A DNA stretch of 64,000 nucleotides, from NCBI RefSeq assembly GCF_052094685.1, contig NZ_JBQDKB010000011.1, forward strand, positions 505-64,504, given 5' to 3'. This stretch comes from Marinobacter sp. Its GTDB lineage: Bacteria > Pseudomonadota > Gammaproteobacteria > Pseudomonadales > Oleiphilaceae. This document shows, piece by piece, positions 10,901-21,782 of the stretch. Under the pieces are notes generated by a model that saw only the letters and a list, made by a program, of their open reading frames with translations, searched no databases and was not told where the DNA came from. The number at the start of each line of letters is the position of its first letter. The first letter of the stretch is position 1. A program made the translations under genes and the position numbers.

Positions 10901-13900
10901 ATGCCAAAACGGACCGATATTAAAAGCATCCTGATTCTGGGCGCTGGCCCAATTGTGATCGGGCAGGCGTGCGAATTTGACTACTCCGGCGCTCAAGCCT
11001 GTAAAGCTCTGCGTGAGGAAGGTTACCGGGTCATTCTGGTTAACTCGAACCCGGCCACCATCATGACCGACCCGGTGATGGCGGATGCCACGTATATCGA
11101 GCCGATTACCTGGCAAACTGTTGCTAAGATTATTGAGAAAGAAAAGCCCGATGCACTGCTGCCGACCATGGGTGGGCAGACTGCCTTGAACTGCGCGCTG
11201 GATCTGGAAAAGCACGGCGTTCTGGTTGAGCACGGGGTGGAAATGATCGGCGCCAATGCCGATACCATCGACAAAGCGGAAGACCGTCGTCGCTTTGACC
11301 AGGCGATGAAAGATATTGGGCTTGAATGCCCTCGCGCCTCCATTGCAAACAGTATGGATGAGGCTAGGAAGGTTGCGGAAGATATCGGCTTTCCGTGCAT
11401 TATTCGCCCTTCATTTACCATGGGCGGTTCCGGTGGTGGTATTGCATACAACCGGGAAGAATTTGAAGAAATCTGTACTCGCGGTCTTGATCTTTCCCCC
11501 ACCAACGAGCTGCTTATCGATGAGTCGCTGATTGGCTGGAAAGAGTATGAAATGGAAGTGGTCCGCGACAAGGCGGACAACTGCATCATTGTGTGTGCCA
11601 TCGAGAACTTTGACGCCATGGGCGTACACACTGGCGATTCCATTACTGTCGCGCCGGCTCAGACATTGACAGATAAAGAATATCAGATCATGCGGGATGC
11701 CTCGTTGGCTGTGCTGCGTGAAATAGGTGTGGAAACCGGCGGCTCCAACGTACAGTTCGGTATCCACCCGGATACCGGCCGTATGGTCGTTATCGAGATG
11801 AACCCAAGGGTGTCTCGCTCATCTGCACTGGCTTCAAAAGCAACCGGTTTCCCGATTGCTAAAGTTGCCGCAAAGCTGGCCGTAGGCTACACCCTTGATG
11901 AGTTGCGTAACGAGATCACCGGTGGCGTAACGCCAGTCTCGTTCGAGCCCAGCATCGATTATGTGGTTACCAAGATCCCCCGGTTTACCTTTGAGAAGTT
12001 CCCCCAGGCCGACGCCCGCCTGACGACCCAAATGAAGTCTGTGGGCGAAGTGATGGCTATTGGCCGAACTTTCCAAGAGTCGCTACAGAAGGCCCTTCGC
12101 GGCTTGGAAGTGGGGTCTGATGGCTTTGATGAGCAGTTAGAAGAGTTTACTTCCGAGAGTTCCCGCGAAACGCTTACCCGCGAGCTCAGCGTTCCCGGTG
12201 CCGAGCGTATCTGGTACATCGGTGATGCCTTTCGGGCCGGTCTAAGTTTGGAGGAGGTGTTCGAGTTCACCAAGGTGGATCCTTGGTATCTGGTGCAGAT
12301 CGAAGATCTTATCCGTGAAGAGCAAGCTTTGAAGTCTGCCGGTAAAGCCGATATTGATCATGCCACCATGTTTCGCCTTAAGCGCAAGGGCTTCTCCGAT
12401 GCCCGCTTGGCCAAGCTCCTGGGCCTTACCGAGGTAAGCCTGCGTAAGCTGCGGCACGAGCAGAATATTCGCCCGGTTTACAAGCGGGTCGATACCTGTG
12501 CGGCCGAGTTTGCCTCGGATACTGCCTATATGTATTCAACCTATGAGGAAGAGTGCGAAGCAGAGCCAAGTGATCGTGAGAAGATCGTGGTTATCGGTGG
12601 CGGCCCTAACCGGATTGGTCAAGGTATCGAGTTTGATTATTGCTGTGTACACGCAGCACTGGCCATGCGCGAAGATGGCTACGAAACCATCATGATCAAC
12701 TGCAACCCAGAGACGGTGTCTACCGATTACGATACCTCCGACCGTTTGTATTTTGAGCCGATTACGCTTGAAGACGTGTTAGAGATTATCAGCGTTGAGA
12801 AACCAAAAGGTGTGATTGTTCAGTATGGCGGCCAGACCCCGCTGAAACTGGCCCGTGGCCTGGAAGCAGCTGGTGTACCGATAATTGGCACCAGCCCTGA
12901 TGCTATTGACCGTGCAGAAGACCGCGAACGTTTTCAGCAGATGATTCAGCGTCTGGGTCTCAAGCAACCTGAAAATGCCACTGTGCGTAGCCACGAAGAG
13001 GGCATTCTGGCTGCCCGCGAAATCGGTTACCCGCTGGTGGTTCGCCCCTCCTATGTGTTGGGCGGCCGTGCCATGGAGATTGTTTTTGGCGAGGACGAGC
13101 TGGCGCGCTACATGCGCAGTGCCGTGCTGGTTTCCAACGACAGCCCGGTATTGCTGGATCACTTCCTCAACGCAGCCATTGAGGTGGATATTGATGCTAT
13201 CTGCGACGGCAAAGACGTTGTCATCGGCGGCATCATGCAGCACATTGAGCAAGCCGGTATTCATTCTGGAGACTCTGCGTGCTCCTTGCCACCATACACT
13301 CTGCCAGTCGAAGTTCAGGACGCCATGCGCGAGGCCGTGAAGAAAATGGCCATCGAGCTAGAAGTTGTGGGCCTGATGAACGTGCAGCTGGCTTGGCAGG
13401 ATGATGAAATTTATGTGATTGAGGTTAACCCTCGAGCCTCGAGAACTGTGCCGTTTGTATCTAAAGCCATTGGTGTATCTTTGGCTAAAGTGGCAGCAAG
13501 GGTAATGGCGGGCACCTCTCTGGCAGAACAGGGCTTTACCAAAGAAATTATACCTAGCTACTATGCGGTAAAAGAGTCTGTTTTCCCGTTCAATAAATTT
13601 CCGTCAGTTGACCCGATTCTGGGGCCGGAAATGAAGTCTACGGGTGAGGTTATGGGTCTTGGTGACAGTTTCGATGAAGCCTTCGCCAAGGCATCGTTGG
13701 CCATTGGAGAGCGCCTTCCTTCCGAAGGTACAGCATTTATGTCTGTTCGCGATGTCGACAAGCCCGGTGCTATCACGGTTGCTCGGGATCTGATTGAGGC
13801 TGGATTTAAGCTCGTTGCTACTGCGGGTACCGCGAAGGCCCTCCGTCAAGCAGGTATAGAAGTAGAACGAGTGAATAAAGTGGGTGAGGGGCGGCCACAT

Positions 13901-14119
13901 ATTGTAGACGCCATTAAAAACGGCCAGGTTCAGCTCATTATTAACACCACCGAGGGTCGCAAGGCAGTGTTGGATTCGGCGCAAATTCGCCAGTCAGCTC
14001 TGCAGACCAAAGTGGCTTACACAACAACATTGGCGGGTGGCGAAGCCTTCTGTCGGGCCATCAAGTTTGGCCCCGAGCGCACAGTACGCCGCCTGCAAGA
14101 CCTTCACGCAGGAAAGTGA
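10901..14119 (+). CDS. carB: Carbamoyl-phosphate synthase large subunit
   Basis: '[30 protein letters not shown]', duplicated ATP-grasp domains, C-terminal MGS domain. Confidence 0.99.
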   Translation: MPKRTDIKSILILGAGPIVIGQACEFDYSGAQACKALREEGYRVILVNSNPATIMTDPVMADATYIEPITWQTVAKIIEKEKPDALLPTMGGQTALNCALDLEKHGVLVEHGVEMIGANADTIDKAEDRRRFDQAMKDIGLECPRASIANSMDEARKVAEDIGFPCIIRPSFTMGGSGGGIAYNREEFEEICTRGLDLSPTNELLIDESLIGWKEYEMEVVRDKADNCIIVCAIENFDAMGVHTGDSITVAPAQTLTDKEYQIMRDASLAVLREIGVETGGSNVQFGIHPDTGRMVVIEMNPRVSRSSALASKATGFPIAKVAAKLAVGYTLDELRNEITGGVTPVSFEPSIDYVVTKIPRFTFEKFPQADARLTTQMKSVGEVMAIGRTFQESLQKALRGLEVGSDGFDEQLEEFTSESSRETLTRELSVPGAERIWYIGDAFRAGLSLEEVFEFTKVDPWYLVQIEDLIREEQALKSAGKADIDHATMFRLKRKGFSDARLAKLLGLTEVSLRKLRHEQNIRPVYKRVDTCAAEFASDTAYMYSTYEEECEAEPSDREKIVVIGGGPNRIGQGIEFDYCCVHAALAMREDGYETIMINCNPETVSTDYDTSDRLYFEPITLEDVLEIISVEKPKGVIVQYGGQTPLKLARGLEAAGVPIIGTSPDAIDRAEDRERFQQMIQRLGLKQPENATVRSHEEGILAAREIGYPLVVRPSYVLGGRAMEIVFGEDELARYMRSAVLVSNDSPVLLDHFLNAAIEVDIDAICDGKDVVIGGIMQHIEQAGIHSGDSACSLPPYTLPVEVQDAMREAVKKMAIELEVVGLMNVQLAWQDDEIYVIEVNPRASRTVPFVSKAIGVSLAKVAARVMAGTSLAEQGFTKEIIPSYYAVKESVFPFNKFPSVDPILGPEMKSTGEVMGLGDSFDEAFAKASLAIGERLPSEGTAFMSVRDVDKPGAITVARDLIEAGFKLVATAGTAKALRQAGIEVERVNKVGEGRPHIVDAIKNGQVQLIINTTEGRKAVLDSAQIRQSALQTKVAYTTTLAGGEAFCRAIKFGPERTVRRLQDLHAGK

Positions 14120-14123
14120 AATT

Positions 14124-14603
14124 ATGAGTGAAAGAGTACCTATGACATCCGCAGGCGAGGCCTGTCTTCGTGAGGAGCTCCAGAAGCTTAAATCCGAAGA
14201 TCGCCCTCGTGTTATTGCCGCGATTTCAGACGCCCGGGAGCACGGTGACCTGAAAGAAAACGCCGAATATCATGCTGCTCGGGAGCAGCAAAGTTTTATT
14301 GAAGGCCGAATTCAGGAAATTGAAGGCAAGCTTTCGGCTGTTCAGGTGATTGATGTCACCACCATGGAAAATACCGGCAGGGTCATCTTTGGCACCACCG
14401 TTCATTTGATGAATATGGATACTGATGAGCAGGTGATCTACAAGATCGTTGGGGAAGATGAGGCAGATATTAAGTTAGGCAAGTTGTCTATCTCTTCGCC
14501 CATCGCCCGCGCATTGGTGGGGAAAGTTGAAGACGATGTTGTTGCTATCCGTGTGCCCTCTGGCACCGTAGAGTACGAAATCGAAAAGGTGGAATACATC
14601 TGA
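14124..14603 (+). CDS. greA: Transcription elongation factor GreA
   Basis: '[16 protein letters not shown]', '[10 protein letters not shown]'; start reassigned to the ATG at 14124. Confidence 0.97.
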   Translation: MSERVPMTSAGEACLREELQKLKSEDRPRVIAAISDAREHGDLKENAEYHAAREQQSFIEGRIQEIEGKLSAVQVIDVTTMENTGRVIFGTTVHLMNMDTDEQVIYKIVGEDEADIKLGKLSISSPIARALVGKVEDDVVAIRVPSGTVEYEIEKVEYI

Positions 14604-14639
14604 TTCGTGCGGCGCTGGCTGGGCCAGCGTAAGGCAAAC

Positions 14640-14675
14640 AAAAAAACCGGCTGCGCTAACGCAGCCGGTTTTTTT
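14640..14675. terminator. Bidirectional intrinsic terminator between greA and yhbY
   Basis: A7-CCGGCTGCG-ctaa-CGCAGCCGG-T7. Confidence 0.9.
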
Positions 14676-14731
14676 GTTTTAGGTCTTTTCTGTTTCAGGT
14701 GCGCTCGTTTGGCTTAGAAATTCCGCGAGCG

Positions 14732-15043
14732 TCAGTTTTTGTGGCGCAGCAAATTGGACAGTTTGGGGTTGGGCTTTTTGGCTCGGCGCATAATGACGGC
14801 AATCTTGCCAATCGTCTGCACTACTTCGGCACCACTAGACTCGCACAGGGCGTTGATCGCTTCCTGGCGTGCTTCCCGGTCCTGGCTCGCTACTTTAATC
14901 TTAATGAGCTCGTGGTCGGTTAGAGCTCGCTCCAGCTCCCCCTGAAGATTTTCGGTCAGACCCTTGTCACCCACAATGATGACGGGTTTCAGGTTGTGAG
15001 CGATGGCCCGGTATTCCCGGCGCTGTTCCCGTGAAAGGCTCAT
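14732..15043 (-). CDS. yhbY: YhbY/CRM-domain RNA-binding protein
   Basis: 'AHNLKPVIIVGDKGL...HELIKIKV...VQTIGKIAVI'. Confidence 0.93.
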   Translation of the reverse strand: MSLSREQRREYRAIAHNLKPVIIVGDKGLTENLQGELERALTDHELIKIKVASQDREARQEAINALCESSGAEVVQTIGKIAVIMRRAKKPNPKLSNLLRHKN

Positions 15044-15157
15044 GATGTAATCTCTTTATCGGTGCAATTAACAAAAGGTCAGCGGCATATTCGCTGGCAA
15101 CGTCGTATAATTGGCGGATTGTAGCAGACAACCTTGTATACAGATCACCTTGCAGGC

Positions 15158-15187
15158 GTTGTAATTTCCGAGATGAAGCCCACATAT
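15158..15187 (+). promoter_or_regulatory. Possible sigma32 promoter for ftsH
   Basis: GTTGTAA...CCCACATAT, an imperfect match to CTTGAAA...CCCCATNT. Confidence 0.4.
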
Positions 15188-15364
15188 AAGTAACATGGGG
15201 ATTTATTCGGCGTTTAGAAGCGTTTTCGGGTAGATCTGCAGCTACGTTTTTCTGTGGCCGTTACGGATGGGCCGTTTCTGGTGGATAGGCGTACAATTGG
15301 TGTAAGGTGTCGGTAAAGAGTGGTTCCCTCGCGGGTGCGCTTTTCAATTCACAGGTGATGATCC

Positions 15365-17311
15365 TTGAACGATATGGCAAAAAATCTGGTTCTCTGGCTG
15401 ATAATAGCCGCAGTACTGTTGATGGTGTTTCAGAATTTTTCTCCCACCACCAGCGGGCAGCAAGTCAATTATTCTCAATTCGTTGAAATGGTTCAGCAGG
15501 GCCAAGTCAACAAAGTCACCATTGATGGTCTGGAAATCCAGGGCACTCGTGGCGATGGTTCGCAGTTCGAGACGATCCGCCCCCAGGTGTCGGATAACAA
15601 GCTGATGGACGATCTGCTGGCGAACAAGGTGGAGGTGATCGGCAAAGAGCCCGAACGCCAGAGCCTATGGACGCAGTTGTTGGTCGCGGCTTTCCCAATT
15701 CTGATCATTATCGCGTTGTTCGTATTCTTTATGCGCCAGATGCAAGGCGGCGGTGGCGGCAAAGGCCCCATGTCGTTTGGCAAGAGTAAAGCGAAGCTGA
15801 TGAGTGAAGATCAGATCAAAACTACGTTTGCTGATGTGGCTGGCGTAGATGAGGCCAAAGAGGACGTTAAGGAATTGGTGGATTTCCTCCGGGATCCCAG
15901 CAAATTTCAGCGTCTTGGTGGCAGCATCCCCAAGGGTGTTTTGATGGTGGGGCAGCCAGGTACCGGTAAAACACTGCTGGCGAAGGCCATCGCTGGTGAG
16001 GCGAAGGTTCCGTTCTTCTCCATTTCCGGCTCCGATTTTGTGGAAATGTTCGTGGGTGTTGGTGCGTCTCGTGTGCGTGACATGTTCGAGCAAGCCAAGA
16101 AGCAGAGCCCCTGCATTATCTTCATCGATGAAATCGATGCGGTCGGTCGCCATCGCGGTGCTGGCATGGGTGGTGGTCACGATGAGCGTGAGCAAACCTT
16201 GAACGCGCTGCTGGTTGAAATGGATGGCTTTGAAGGAAATGAAGGCGTTATCGTTATTGCTGCGACCAACCGCCCAGACGTTCTGGATCCGGCGCTGTTG
16301 CGCCCCGGCCGTTTTGACCGCCAGGTTGTGGTTGGGCTGCCCGATATTATCGGCCGTGAGCAGATTCTCAAGGTGCACATGAAGAAGGTGCCCCTGGATG
16401 AAAATGTTGAGCCCGCATTTATCGCGCGCGGCACGCCAGGGTTCTCTGGCGCCGATCTTGCGAACCTGGTTAATGAGGCAGCGCTGTTTGCGGCACGTCG
16501 AAATATGCGTCTTGTTTCCATGGAAGAGTTTGAGCTCGCGAAAGACAAGATCATGATGGGCTCCGAGCGCAAGTCCATGGTGATGAGTGAGAAGGAAAAG
16601 CGGAATACGGCTTATCACGAGTCTGGTCACGCCATCGTTGGTCGCCTTGTGCCAGAGCATGATCCTGTCTATAAAGTGAGCATTATTCCTCGCGGTCGTG
16701 CTCTGGGCGTGACTATGTTCTTGCCCGAGGAAGACAAGTACAGCCACAGCAAGCGTTTTCTGATCAGCTCTATTTGCAGCCTGTTCGGTGGTCGTATTGC
16801 CGAGGAGCTGACGTTGGGCTTTGACGGCGTTACTACCGGTGCCTCGAATGATATCGAGCGTGCGACCAGCCTGGCTCGTAATATGGTTACTCGGTGGGGC
16901 TTGTCTGAGAAGCTTGGGCCGCTGCAGTACGATACAGACAGTGAGGAGCCGTTCCTTGGACGCTCCGCTGGTCAGGCTCAGACAGTCTACTCGCCTGAAA
17001 CTGCACAGCGTATTGATGAGGAAGTTCGCAATATTATTGATACCTGTTATGAGACAGCTACGCAGATTCTGGTTGATAACCGGGATAAGCTGGACGTTAT
17101 GGCTGATGCATTGATGAAGTACGAAACCATAGACCGTCATCAGATTGATGACATCATGGAAAACCGTACGCCACGCCCGCCGAAAGGTTGGGACGATCGC
17201 GGACCTACCGGCGGTGTTAAGGCAGATGATCCGGAACAGTCTTCTAATGAGGCCAAGCCCTCTGATGAAGGTCGCCGGCCTGATGTCGGTCGGCCTGCCG
17301 GGGAGCATTAA
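15365..17311 (+). CDS. ftsH: ATP-dependent zinc metalloprotease FtsH
   Basis: Two TM segments, Walker A 'GQPGTGKT', SRH region, 'HESGH' zinc motif. Confidence 0.99.
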   Translation: MNDMAKNLVLWLIIAAVLLMVFQNFSPTTSGQQVNYSQFVEMVQQGQVNKVTIDGLEIQGTRGDGSQFETIRPQVSDNKLMDDLLANKVEVIGKEPERQSLWTQLLVAAFPILIIIALFVFFMRQMQGGGGGKGPMSFGKSKAKLMSEDQIKTTFADVAGVDEAKEDVKELVDFLRDPSKFQRLGGSIPKGVLMVGQPGTGKTLLAKAIAGEAKVPFFSISGSDFVEMFVGVGASRVRDMFEQAKKQSPCIIFIDEIDAVGRHRGAGMGGGHDEREQTLNALLVEMDGFEGNEGVIVIAATNRPDVLDPALLRPGRFDRQVVVGLPDIIGREQILKVHMKKVPLDENVEPAFIARGTPGFSGADLANLVNEAALFAARRNMRLVSMEEFELAKDKIMMGSERKSMVMSEKEKRNTAYHESGHAIVGRLVPEHDPVYKVSIIPRGRALGVTMFLPEEDKYSHSKRFLISSICSLFGGRIAEELTLGFDGVTTGASNDIERATSLARNMVTRWGLSEKLGPLQYDTDSEEPFLGRSAGQAQTVYSPETAQRIDEEVRNIIDTCYETATQILVDNRDKLDVMADALMKYETIDRHQIDDIMENRTPRPPKGWDDRGPTGGVKADDPEQSSNEAKPSDEGRRPDVGRPAGEH

Positions 17312-17342
17312 GCCTCTCAGCTTCCGATAACTGAGTTGACTT

Positions 17343-17375
17343 ACGCCGCCCTGATTACGGGCGGCGTTTGTTTTT
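17343..17375 (+). terminator. Terminator-like hairpin after ftsH
   Basis: ACGCCGCCC-tgattac-GGGCGGCGT followed by TTGTTTTT. Confidence 0.7.
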
Positions 17376-17425
17376 ATCAGGCGCTGTTTTGCAGGTTTTG
17401 GTATGTCAGCCTAGGAAAGTTTGTT

Positions 17426-18256
17426 ATGGAAATGGAGTTTGCCGGGCGAGTATTGGATATGTCCCTCTGTCATGTGATGGGGGTTCTTAACGTAACGCCG
17501 GACTCGTTCTCTGATGGCGGTCGATTCAATCATCAGGGAGCGGCAATCTTAAGAGCGCGCCAGATGGTGGCCGATGGTGCCGCATTTATTGATGTGGGTG
17601 GAGAGTCTACCCGGCCAGGCGCCGCCAGGGTTTCGGTTCAGGAAGAGTTGGATCGGGTTTGCCCCGTGGTAGAGGCAATTGCGCGGGAGTTGGATGTGAT
17701 TGTTTCCGTGGATACCAGTACCCCTGAAGTGATGTCCCAGGCGGCCGAGCTAGGTGCGGGGCTGGTTAACGATGTGCGGGCGTTGTGCCGAGACGGTGCG
17801 CTGGAAGCAGTGGCTAGTGCGAACGTGCCTGTGTGTATTATGCATATTCAAGGGGAGCCGGATACCATGCAGAACCAGCCGGAATACCAGAATGTGCTGC
17901 GTGAGGTTGGGGCGTTTTTAACTCAGCGAGTTCGTGCTGCTGCCCAAGCTGGCATTAATACACGAAATATCATTCTGGACCCGGGTTTCGGGTTCGGAAA
18001 AAACCTTGAGCATAATCTGCGGTTGCTCGCCTCACTGGAGCAGTTGCAGGCGTTGGGTCACCCTCTGTTGGTGGGTATGTCCAGGAAATCCATGCTTGGG
18101 CATATCACTGGCCGGGATGTAGATGAAAGGTTGCCGGCGAGCCTTGCGGCCGCGACAATATCGGCAATGATGGGTGCTAGCATTATCCGCGCGCACGATG
18201 TCAGGGAAACCGTAGATGCCGTCAGGGTTGCGATGGCCGTAAAGGAGGCAGTTTGA
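17426..18256 (+). CDS. folP: Dihydropteroate synthase
   Basis: '[15 protein letters not shown]', '[11 protein letters not shown]', 'DPGFGFGK', 'SRKS'. Confidence 0.97.
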   Translation: MEMEFAGRVLDMSLCHVMGVLNVTPDSFSDGGRFNHQGAAILRARQMVADGAAFIDVGGESTRPGAARVSVQEELDRVCPVVEAIARELDVIVSVDTSTPEVMSQAAELGAGLVNDVRALCRDGALEAVASANVPVCIMHIQGEPDTMQNQPEYQNVLREVGAFLTQRVRAAAQAGINTRNIILDPGFGFGKNLEHNLRLLASLEQLQALGHPLLVGMSRKSMLGHITGRDVDERLPASLAAATISAMMGASIIRAHDVRETVDAVRVAMAVKEAV

Positions 18257-19599
18257 TGGCCGGAAGGAAATATTTTGGCACGGATGGAATTCGCGGCAGG
18301 GTGGGTGAGTCCCCGATAACGCCGGAATTTATGTTGCGTTTAGGCTGGGCCGCTGGGCAGGCCTTTAAAAGGGCTGGGCAGCGGAACAGCGTGCTAATCG
18401 GTAAGGATACCCGGTTATCGGGTTATATGTTTGAGTCAGCTCTGGAGGCTGGGCTGTCCGCAGCAGGTGTGGATGTGAAGCTGCTGGGGCCCATGCCAAC
18501 TCCCGCTATTGCCTACCTGACCCGCACTTTCCGCGCCTCCGCAGGTATCGTTATCAGTGCGTCCCATAATCCGCACCATGACAACGGCATCAAGTTCTTC
18601 TCAGCCGACGGCACCAAGCTTGACGATTTGCTGGAAGCAGAGATTGAGCGTTGGCTAGATAAGCCTATTGAAGTGTGTGGTCCCGGCGAGCTGGGTAAAG
18701 CGTCGCGGGTAGAGGATGCTCCTGGGCGCTATGTCGAGTTTTGCAAAAGCACGGTGCCAAATGAGTTTACTCTGGATCATATGAAGATTGTTCTGGATTG
18801 TGCTCACGGGGCGACTTACCACGTTGCCCCGAAAGTGTTTCGTGAGTTGGGTGCGAAGGTTACGGTTATTGGTGCGGAGCCTGACGGGCTCAACATCAAT
18901 CTGAATGTTGGTTCCACCCATCTGGGCGCGTTGAAGCAGACCGTTATCGACACGAATGCTGATCTTGGCATTGCCTTTGACGGCGATGGAGATCGAGTGC
19001 TGATGGTTGATCGTGATGGCTCCGAAGTAGATGGTGATGAACTGCTCTATGTGATGGCTTCCCAGCGGTTTGCCGAAGGTCGCCTCAAAGGCGGAGTGGT
19101 CGGGACGTTGATGACCAATTTGGGGGTTGAGCTGGCGTTGACCGAGATGGGCGTTTCATTCGAGCGTGCCAATGTTGGTGATCGCTACGTAATGGAGCGG
19201 CTGATTGCTAATAACTGGGTGCTTGGCGGCGAAGGTTCCGGGCATATGGTCATCCGCGACTGCACTAGCACGGGGGATGGCATTGTCTCCGCGCTTCAGG
19301 TGTTGTTGTCGATTGGCAAGTCTGGTAAAACGCTCGCCGAGTTACGGCAGGGTATGAGCAAGCTGCCCCAGACGATGATTAACGTGAAGGTTGCAAAGCG
19401 TTTTGATCCGTTCAGTCGCGACGATATTGTTGCTGCGGTCCAGAGGGCTGAGTCAGAGCTTGGCAGCACAGGCAGGATTTTGCTGCGAGCATCCGGAACA
19501 GAGCCGCTGATTCGCGTAATGGCAGAAGGCAAAAATGCCGACAATATTCGTCGTGTAGCGGAAGAGTTGGCTGGCATCGTGGAAAATTCAACACCCTGA
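18256..19599 (+). CDS. glmM: Phosphoglucosamine mutase
   Basis: 'YFGTDGIRG', 'ISASHNP', 'DGDGDR'. Confidence 0.98.
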   Translation: MAGRKYFGTDGIRGRVGESPITPEFMLRLGWAAGQAFKRAGQRNSVLIGKDTRLSGYMFESALEAGLSAAGVDVKLLGPMPTPAIAYLTRTFRASAGIVISASHNPHHDNGIKFFSADGTKLDDLLEAEIERWLDKPIEVCGPGELGKASRVEDAPGRYVEFCKSTVPNEFTLDHMKIVLDCAHGATYHVAPKVFRELGAKVTVIGAEPDGLNINLNVGSTHLGALKQTVIDTNADLGIAFDGDGDRVLMVDRDGSEVDGDELLYVMASQRFAEGRLKGGVVGTLMTNLGVELALTEMGVSFERANVGDRYVMERLIANNWVLGGEGSGHMVIRDCTSTGDGIVSALQVLLSIGKSGKTLAELRQGMSKLPQTMINVKVAKRFDPFSRDDIVAAVQRAESELGSTGRILLRASGTEPLIRVMAEGKNADNIRRVAEELAGIVENSTP

Positions 19600-19675
19600 T
19601 TTTGTTGGTTTCAGGCGGTTGTCTGTTATGAGGGACTGCTGTATAGTGCGCCCTCCCTTACATTCGGGAACTGAT

Positions 19676-20434
19676 ATGCGTCGTAAGATAGTAGCCGGAA
19701 ACTGGAAGATGAACGGGTCGAAAGACCTCTCAGAAAAGCTGGTAGGCTATATCCGGTCTGAGGCAGGCTCTCTTGATAGTGGCGTGGAGGTTGTTGTTAT
19801 TCCTCCCGCAATATACATCGGGGATGTGTTGAGGCAGGCTCAAGACACAGTGGCCGTTGGCGTGCAGAATGTAGGGCAGTGGCAGTCGGGTGCTTATACC
19901 GGGGAAGTTTCCTCGGAAATGGCTAAAGATGTAGGTTGTCGCTATGCGCTCGTAGGTCACTCTGAACGGCGTCAGCTTTTCGGAGAAACCGATGAGTTGG
20001 TTGCTGAAAAGGTTTCGCGTGTTGTTTCCGGAGGTTTAACGGCCATTGTGTGTGTTGGCGAAACACTGGAAGAGCGAGAGTCTGCGCAAGCTGAAATAGT
20101 GGTTGCCAGTCAAGTGCGTACAGGCTTGTCGACGGTAGTGCAGGGCGAATGGAAGAATGTCGTGGTAGCCTATGAGCCGGTTTGGGCAATAGGTACCGGT
20201 AAAACGGCAACGTCGGATGACGCTCAAGCTATGCACGCAGTCATACGGCATGTATTGAAAGATATGGGCGCCCCGGCCGAAGAGATTTCACTGCTTTACG
20301 GCGGCAGTGTAAAAGCAGATAATGCAGCGGCGCTTTTTGCTCAGCCCGATATAGACGGCGGTCTCATTGGCGGAGCATCGTTGGTCGCAAAAGATTTTGT
20401 TAGTATTTGCCGGGATTTTCCGGCGAATACCTAA
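19676..20434 (+). CDS. tpiA: Triosephosphate isomerase
   Basis: 'AGNWKMNG', 'GHSERR', 'AYEPVWAIGTG'. Confidence 0.98.
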   Translation: MRRKIVAGNWKMNGSKDLSEKLVGYIRSEAGSLDSGVEVVVIPPAIYIGDVLRQAQDTVAVGVQNVGQWQSGAYTGEVSSEMAKDVGCRYALVGHSERRQLFGETDELVAEKVSRVVSGGLTAIVCVGETLEERESAQAEIVVASQVRTGLSTVVQGEWKNVVVAYEPVWAIGTGKTATSDDAQAMHAVIRHVLKDMGAPAEEISLLYGGSVKADNAAALFAQPDIDGGLIGGASLVAKDFVSICRDFPANT

Positions 20435-20458
20435 AGTTAAAGGTTCGCGAGACTCGAT

Positions 20459-20827
20459 ATGGATTGGATGGAAACACTGGTAGTCGTTGTGCACGTCGTT
20501 ATTGCGGTGGCGCTGGTGGGTCTTGTGCTGATCCAGCAGGGCAAAGGTGCAGATGCAGGCGCGGCCTTCGGTGGCGGTGGCGCATCTCAAACTGTGTTCG
20601 GTAGTCAGGGTAGTGGCAGTTTTCTGACCCGTGTAACGGCCATGCTCGCAATTATATTTTTCGTGACAAGTTTTTCGTTGGCAGTGTTTGCCAAGCAGCG
20701 CGCAGAAGTCTCAGGTGAGGCAGGTATTCCGACTGTTCAGGAATCCCGTCAGGCTCCTGCGGATAATGGTGATGCTGCGAAAAGCGAAACCGAGAGCGGG
20801 GAGACTGATCTTCCCGAGCTCGAGTGA
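20459..20827 (+). CDS. secG: Preprotein translocase subunit SecG
   Basis: 'LVLIQQGKGADAGAAFGGG..SQTVFGSQGS'. Confidence 0.97.
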   Translation: MDWMETLVVVVHVVIAVALVGLVLIQQGKGADAGAAFGGGGASQTVFGSQGSGSFLTRVTAMLAIIFFVTSFSLAVFAKQRAEVSGEAGIPTVQESRQAPADNGDAAKSETESGETDLPELE

Positions 20828-20834
20828 GAGTGTT

Positions 20835-20919
20835 GCCCAAGTGGTGGAACTGGTAGACACGCTATCTTGAGGGGGTAGTGGCGAAAGCTGTGCCGGTTCG
20901 AGTCCGGCCTTGGGCACCA
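20835..20919 (+). tRNA. tRNA-Leu (anticodon GAG)
   Basis: GCCCAAG acceptor stem, D loop TGGTAG, anticodon loop TTGAGGG, long variable arm, GTTCGAG T loop, encoded CCA end. Confidence 0.97.
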
Positions 20920-20925
20920 ATTTAG

Positions 20926-20970
20926 AAAAAACGGCTTGGACTAGGCTTGAACTATCCAGGCCGTTTTTTT
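20926..20970 (+). terminator. Intrinsic terminator after tRNA-Leu
   Basis: AAAAAACGGCTTGGA...TCCAGGCCGTTTTTTT. Confidence 0.85.
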
Positions 20971-20979
20971 GAGCAGTCC

Positions 20980-21008
20980 TTGACCAGTTCGCTCGGCGTC
21001 TCTATACT
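20980..21008 (+). promoter_or_regulatory. Strong sigma70 promoter for the rimP-nusA-infB operon
   Basis: TTGACC-N17-TATACT. Confidence 0.85.
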
Positions 21009-21010
21009 CC

Positions 21011-21207
21011 GGCGGATATTGGAGTCCGGCACTGTTTCGTTGTCGGGTTTCTGACAGGCCAGGTGTCTGTCAGCAGGGAGCGGGATACCGGTATGCTTCC
21101 TGCGAGTTCTTGCAACAAAAGGCCCCGGTTTTCGGGGCTTTTTGATTAAGGGGCCTGGCGCAACGGGCCCTGGTGCGTAAAAAGGGCTGATTAACAGCCC
21201 TTTTTTT
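21011..21207 (+). ncRNA. Structured leader/small RNA upstream of rimP with two terminator hairpins
   Basis: Hairpins at 21051-21073 and 21073-21103, terminator at 21117-21143, GGGCC hairpin, and second terminator GGGCTG-attaa-CAGCCC-T7 at 21179-21207 that resembles the described rimP leader. Confidence 0.55.
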
Positions 21208-21257
21208 GTTTTTGAACCCGGTACATTTTATAACGGTTATAACAGTCATAACGGAGA

Positions 21258-21728
21258 GTGCCGAACTTGTCAGGCAAGCTTAAACAACTGGAAGACATTC
21301 TTCAGCCTGTAGTGGAAGGGTTGGGTTACGAGTTCTGGGGCATCGAGTACCGCTCCAGAGGCTATCAATCACTTCTGCGGGTTTTTATAGACGATGTCGA
21401 AAACGGCGTTGGTGTTGACGACTGCGAGAAAGTCAGCCGTCAGATCAGTGGCGTGATGGATGTGGAAGATCCCATCAAGACAGAATACACGCTTGAGGTT
21501 TCGTCTCCGGGAATGGATCGCCCTCTATTCCGGCCTGAGCAATACCAGGCATTTGTAGGGCATCAGGTACAAATTCGCTTGCGCATGGCGTTTGATGGTC
21601 GGCGCAAGTTTCAGGGGCTTATAAAGGCTGTGGAAGGCGAGGATGTTGTCGTGATTGTTGACGATCACGAGTATCTGCTGCCGTTTGACAGCATCGAAAG
21701 AGCCAACATTATTCCGGTATTCGAGTGA
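21258..21728 (+). CDS. rimP: Ribosome maturation factor RimP
   Basis: 'LRVFID...[18 protein letters not shown]...[14 protein letters not shown]'. Confidence 0.97.
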   Translation: MPNLSGKLKQLEDILQPVVEGLGYEFWGIEYRSRGYQSLLRVFIDDVENGVGVDDCEKVSRQISGVMDVEDPIKTEYTLEVSSPGMDRPLFRPEQYQAFVGHQVQIRLRMAFDGRRKFQGLIKAVEGEDVVVIVDDHEYLLPFDSIERANIIPVFE

Positions 21729-21782
21729 GCTATTTGAATAATTCAGTAGATGCACAGTTTATTTTCAGGGCAGGGCAATCCA

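Noticed and set aside
14037-14123. Apparent N-terminal extension of GreA overlapping carB, and similar extensions on fur, nusA, pnp, darA and aceF
   Set aside because: These are ORF-caller artefacts; downstream starts match the family N termini and have an RBS.
15665-17308. 547-aa minus-strand ORF, and many similar long antisense ORFs over dnaK, carAB, infB, pnp and aceE
   Set aside because: These are shadows of highly conserved genes with biased codon usage; they have no motifs and no RBS.
21011-21117. Calling a tRNA-Met gene before rimP
   Set aside because: There is no cloverleaf, CAT anticodon loop, TTC-GA T loop or CCA end; it is reported only as a structured RNA.
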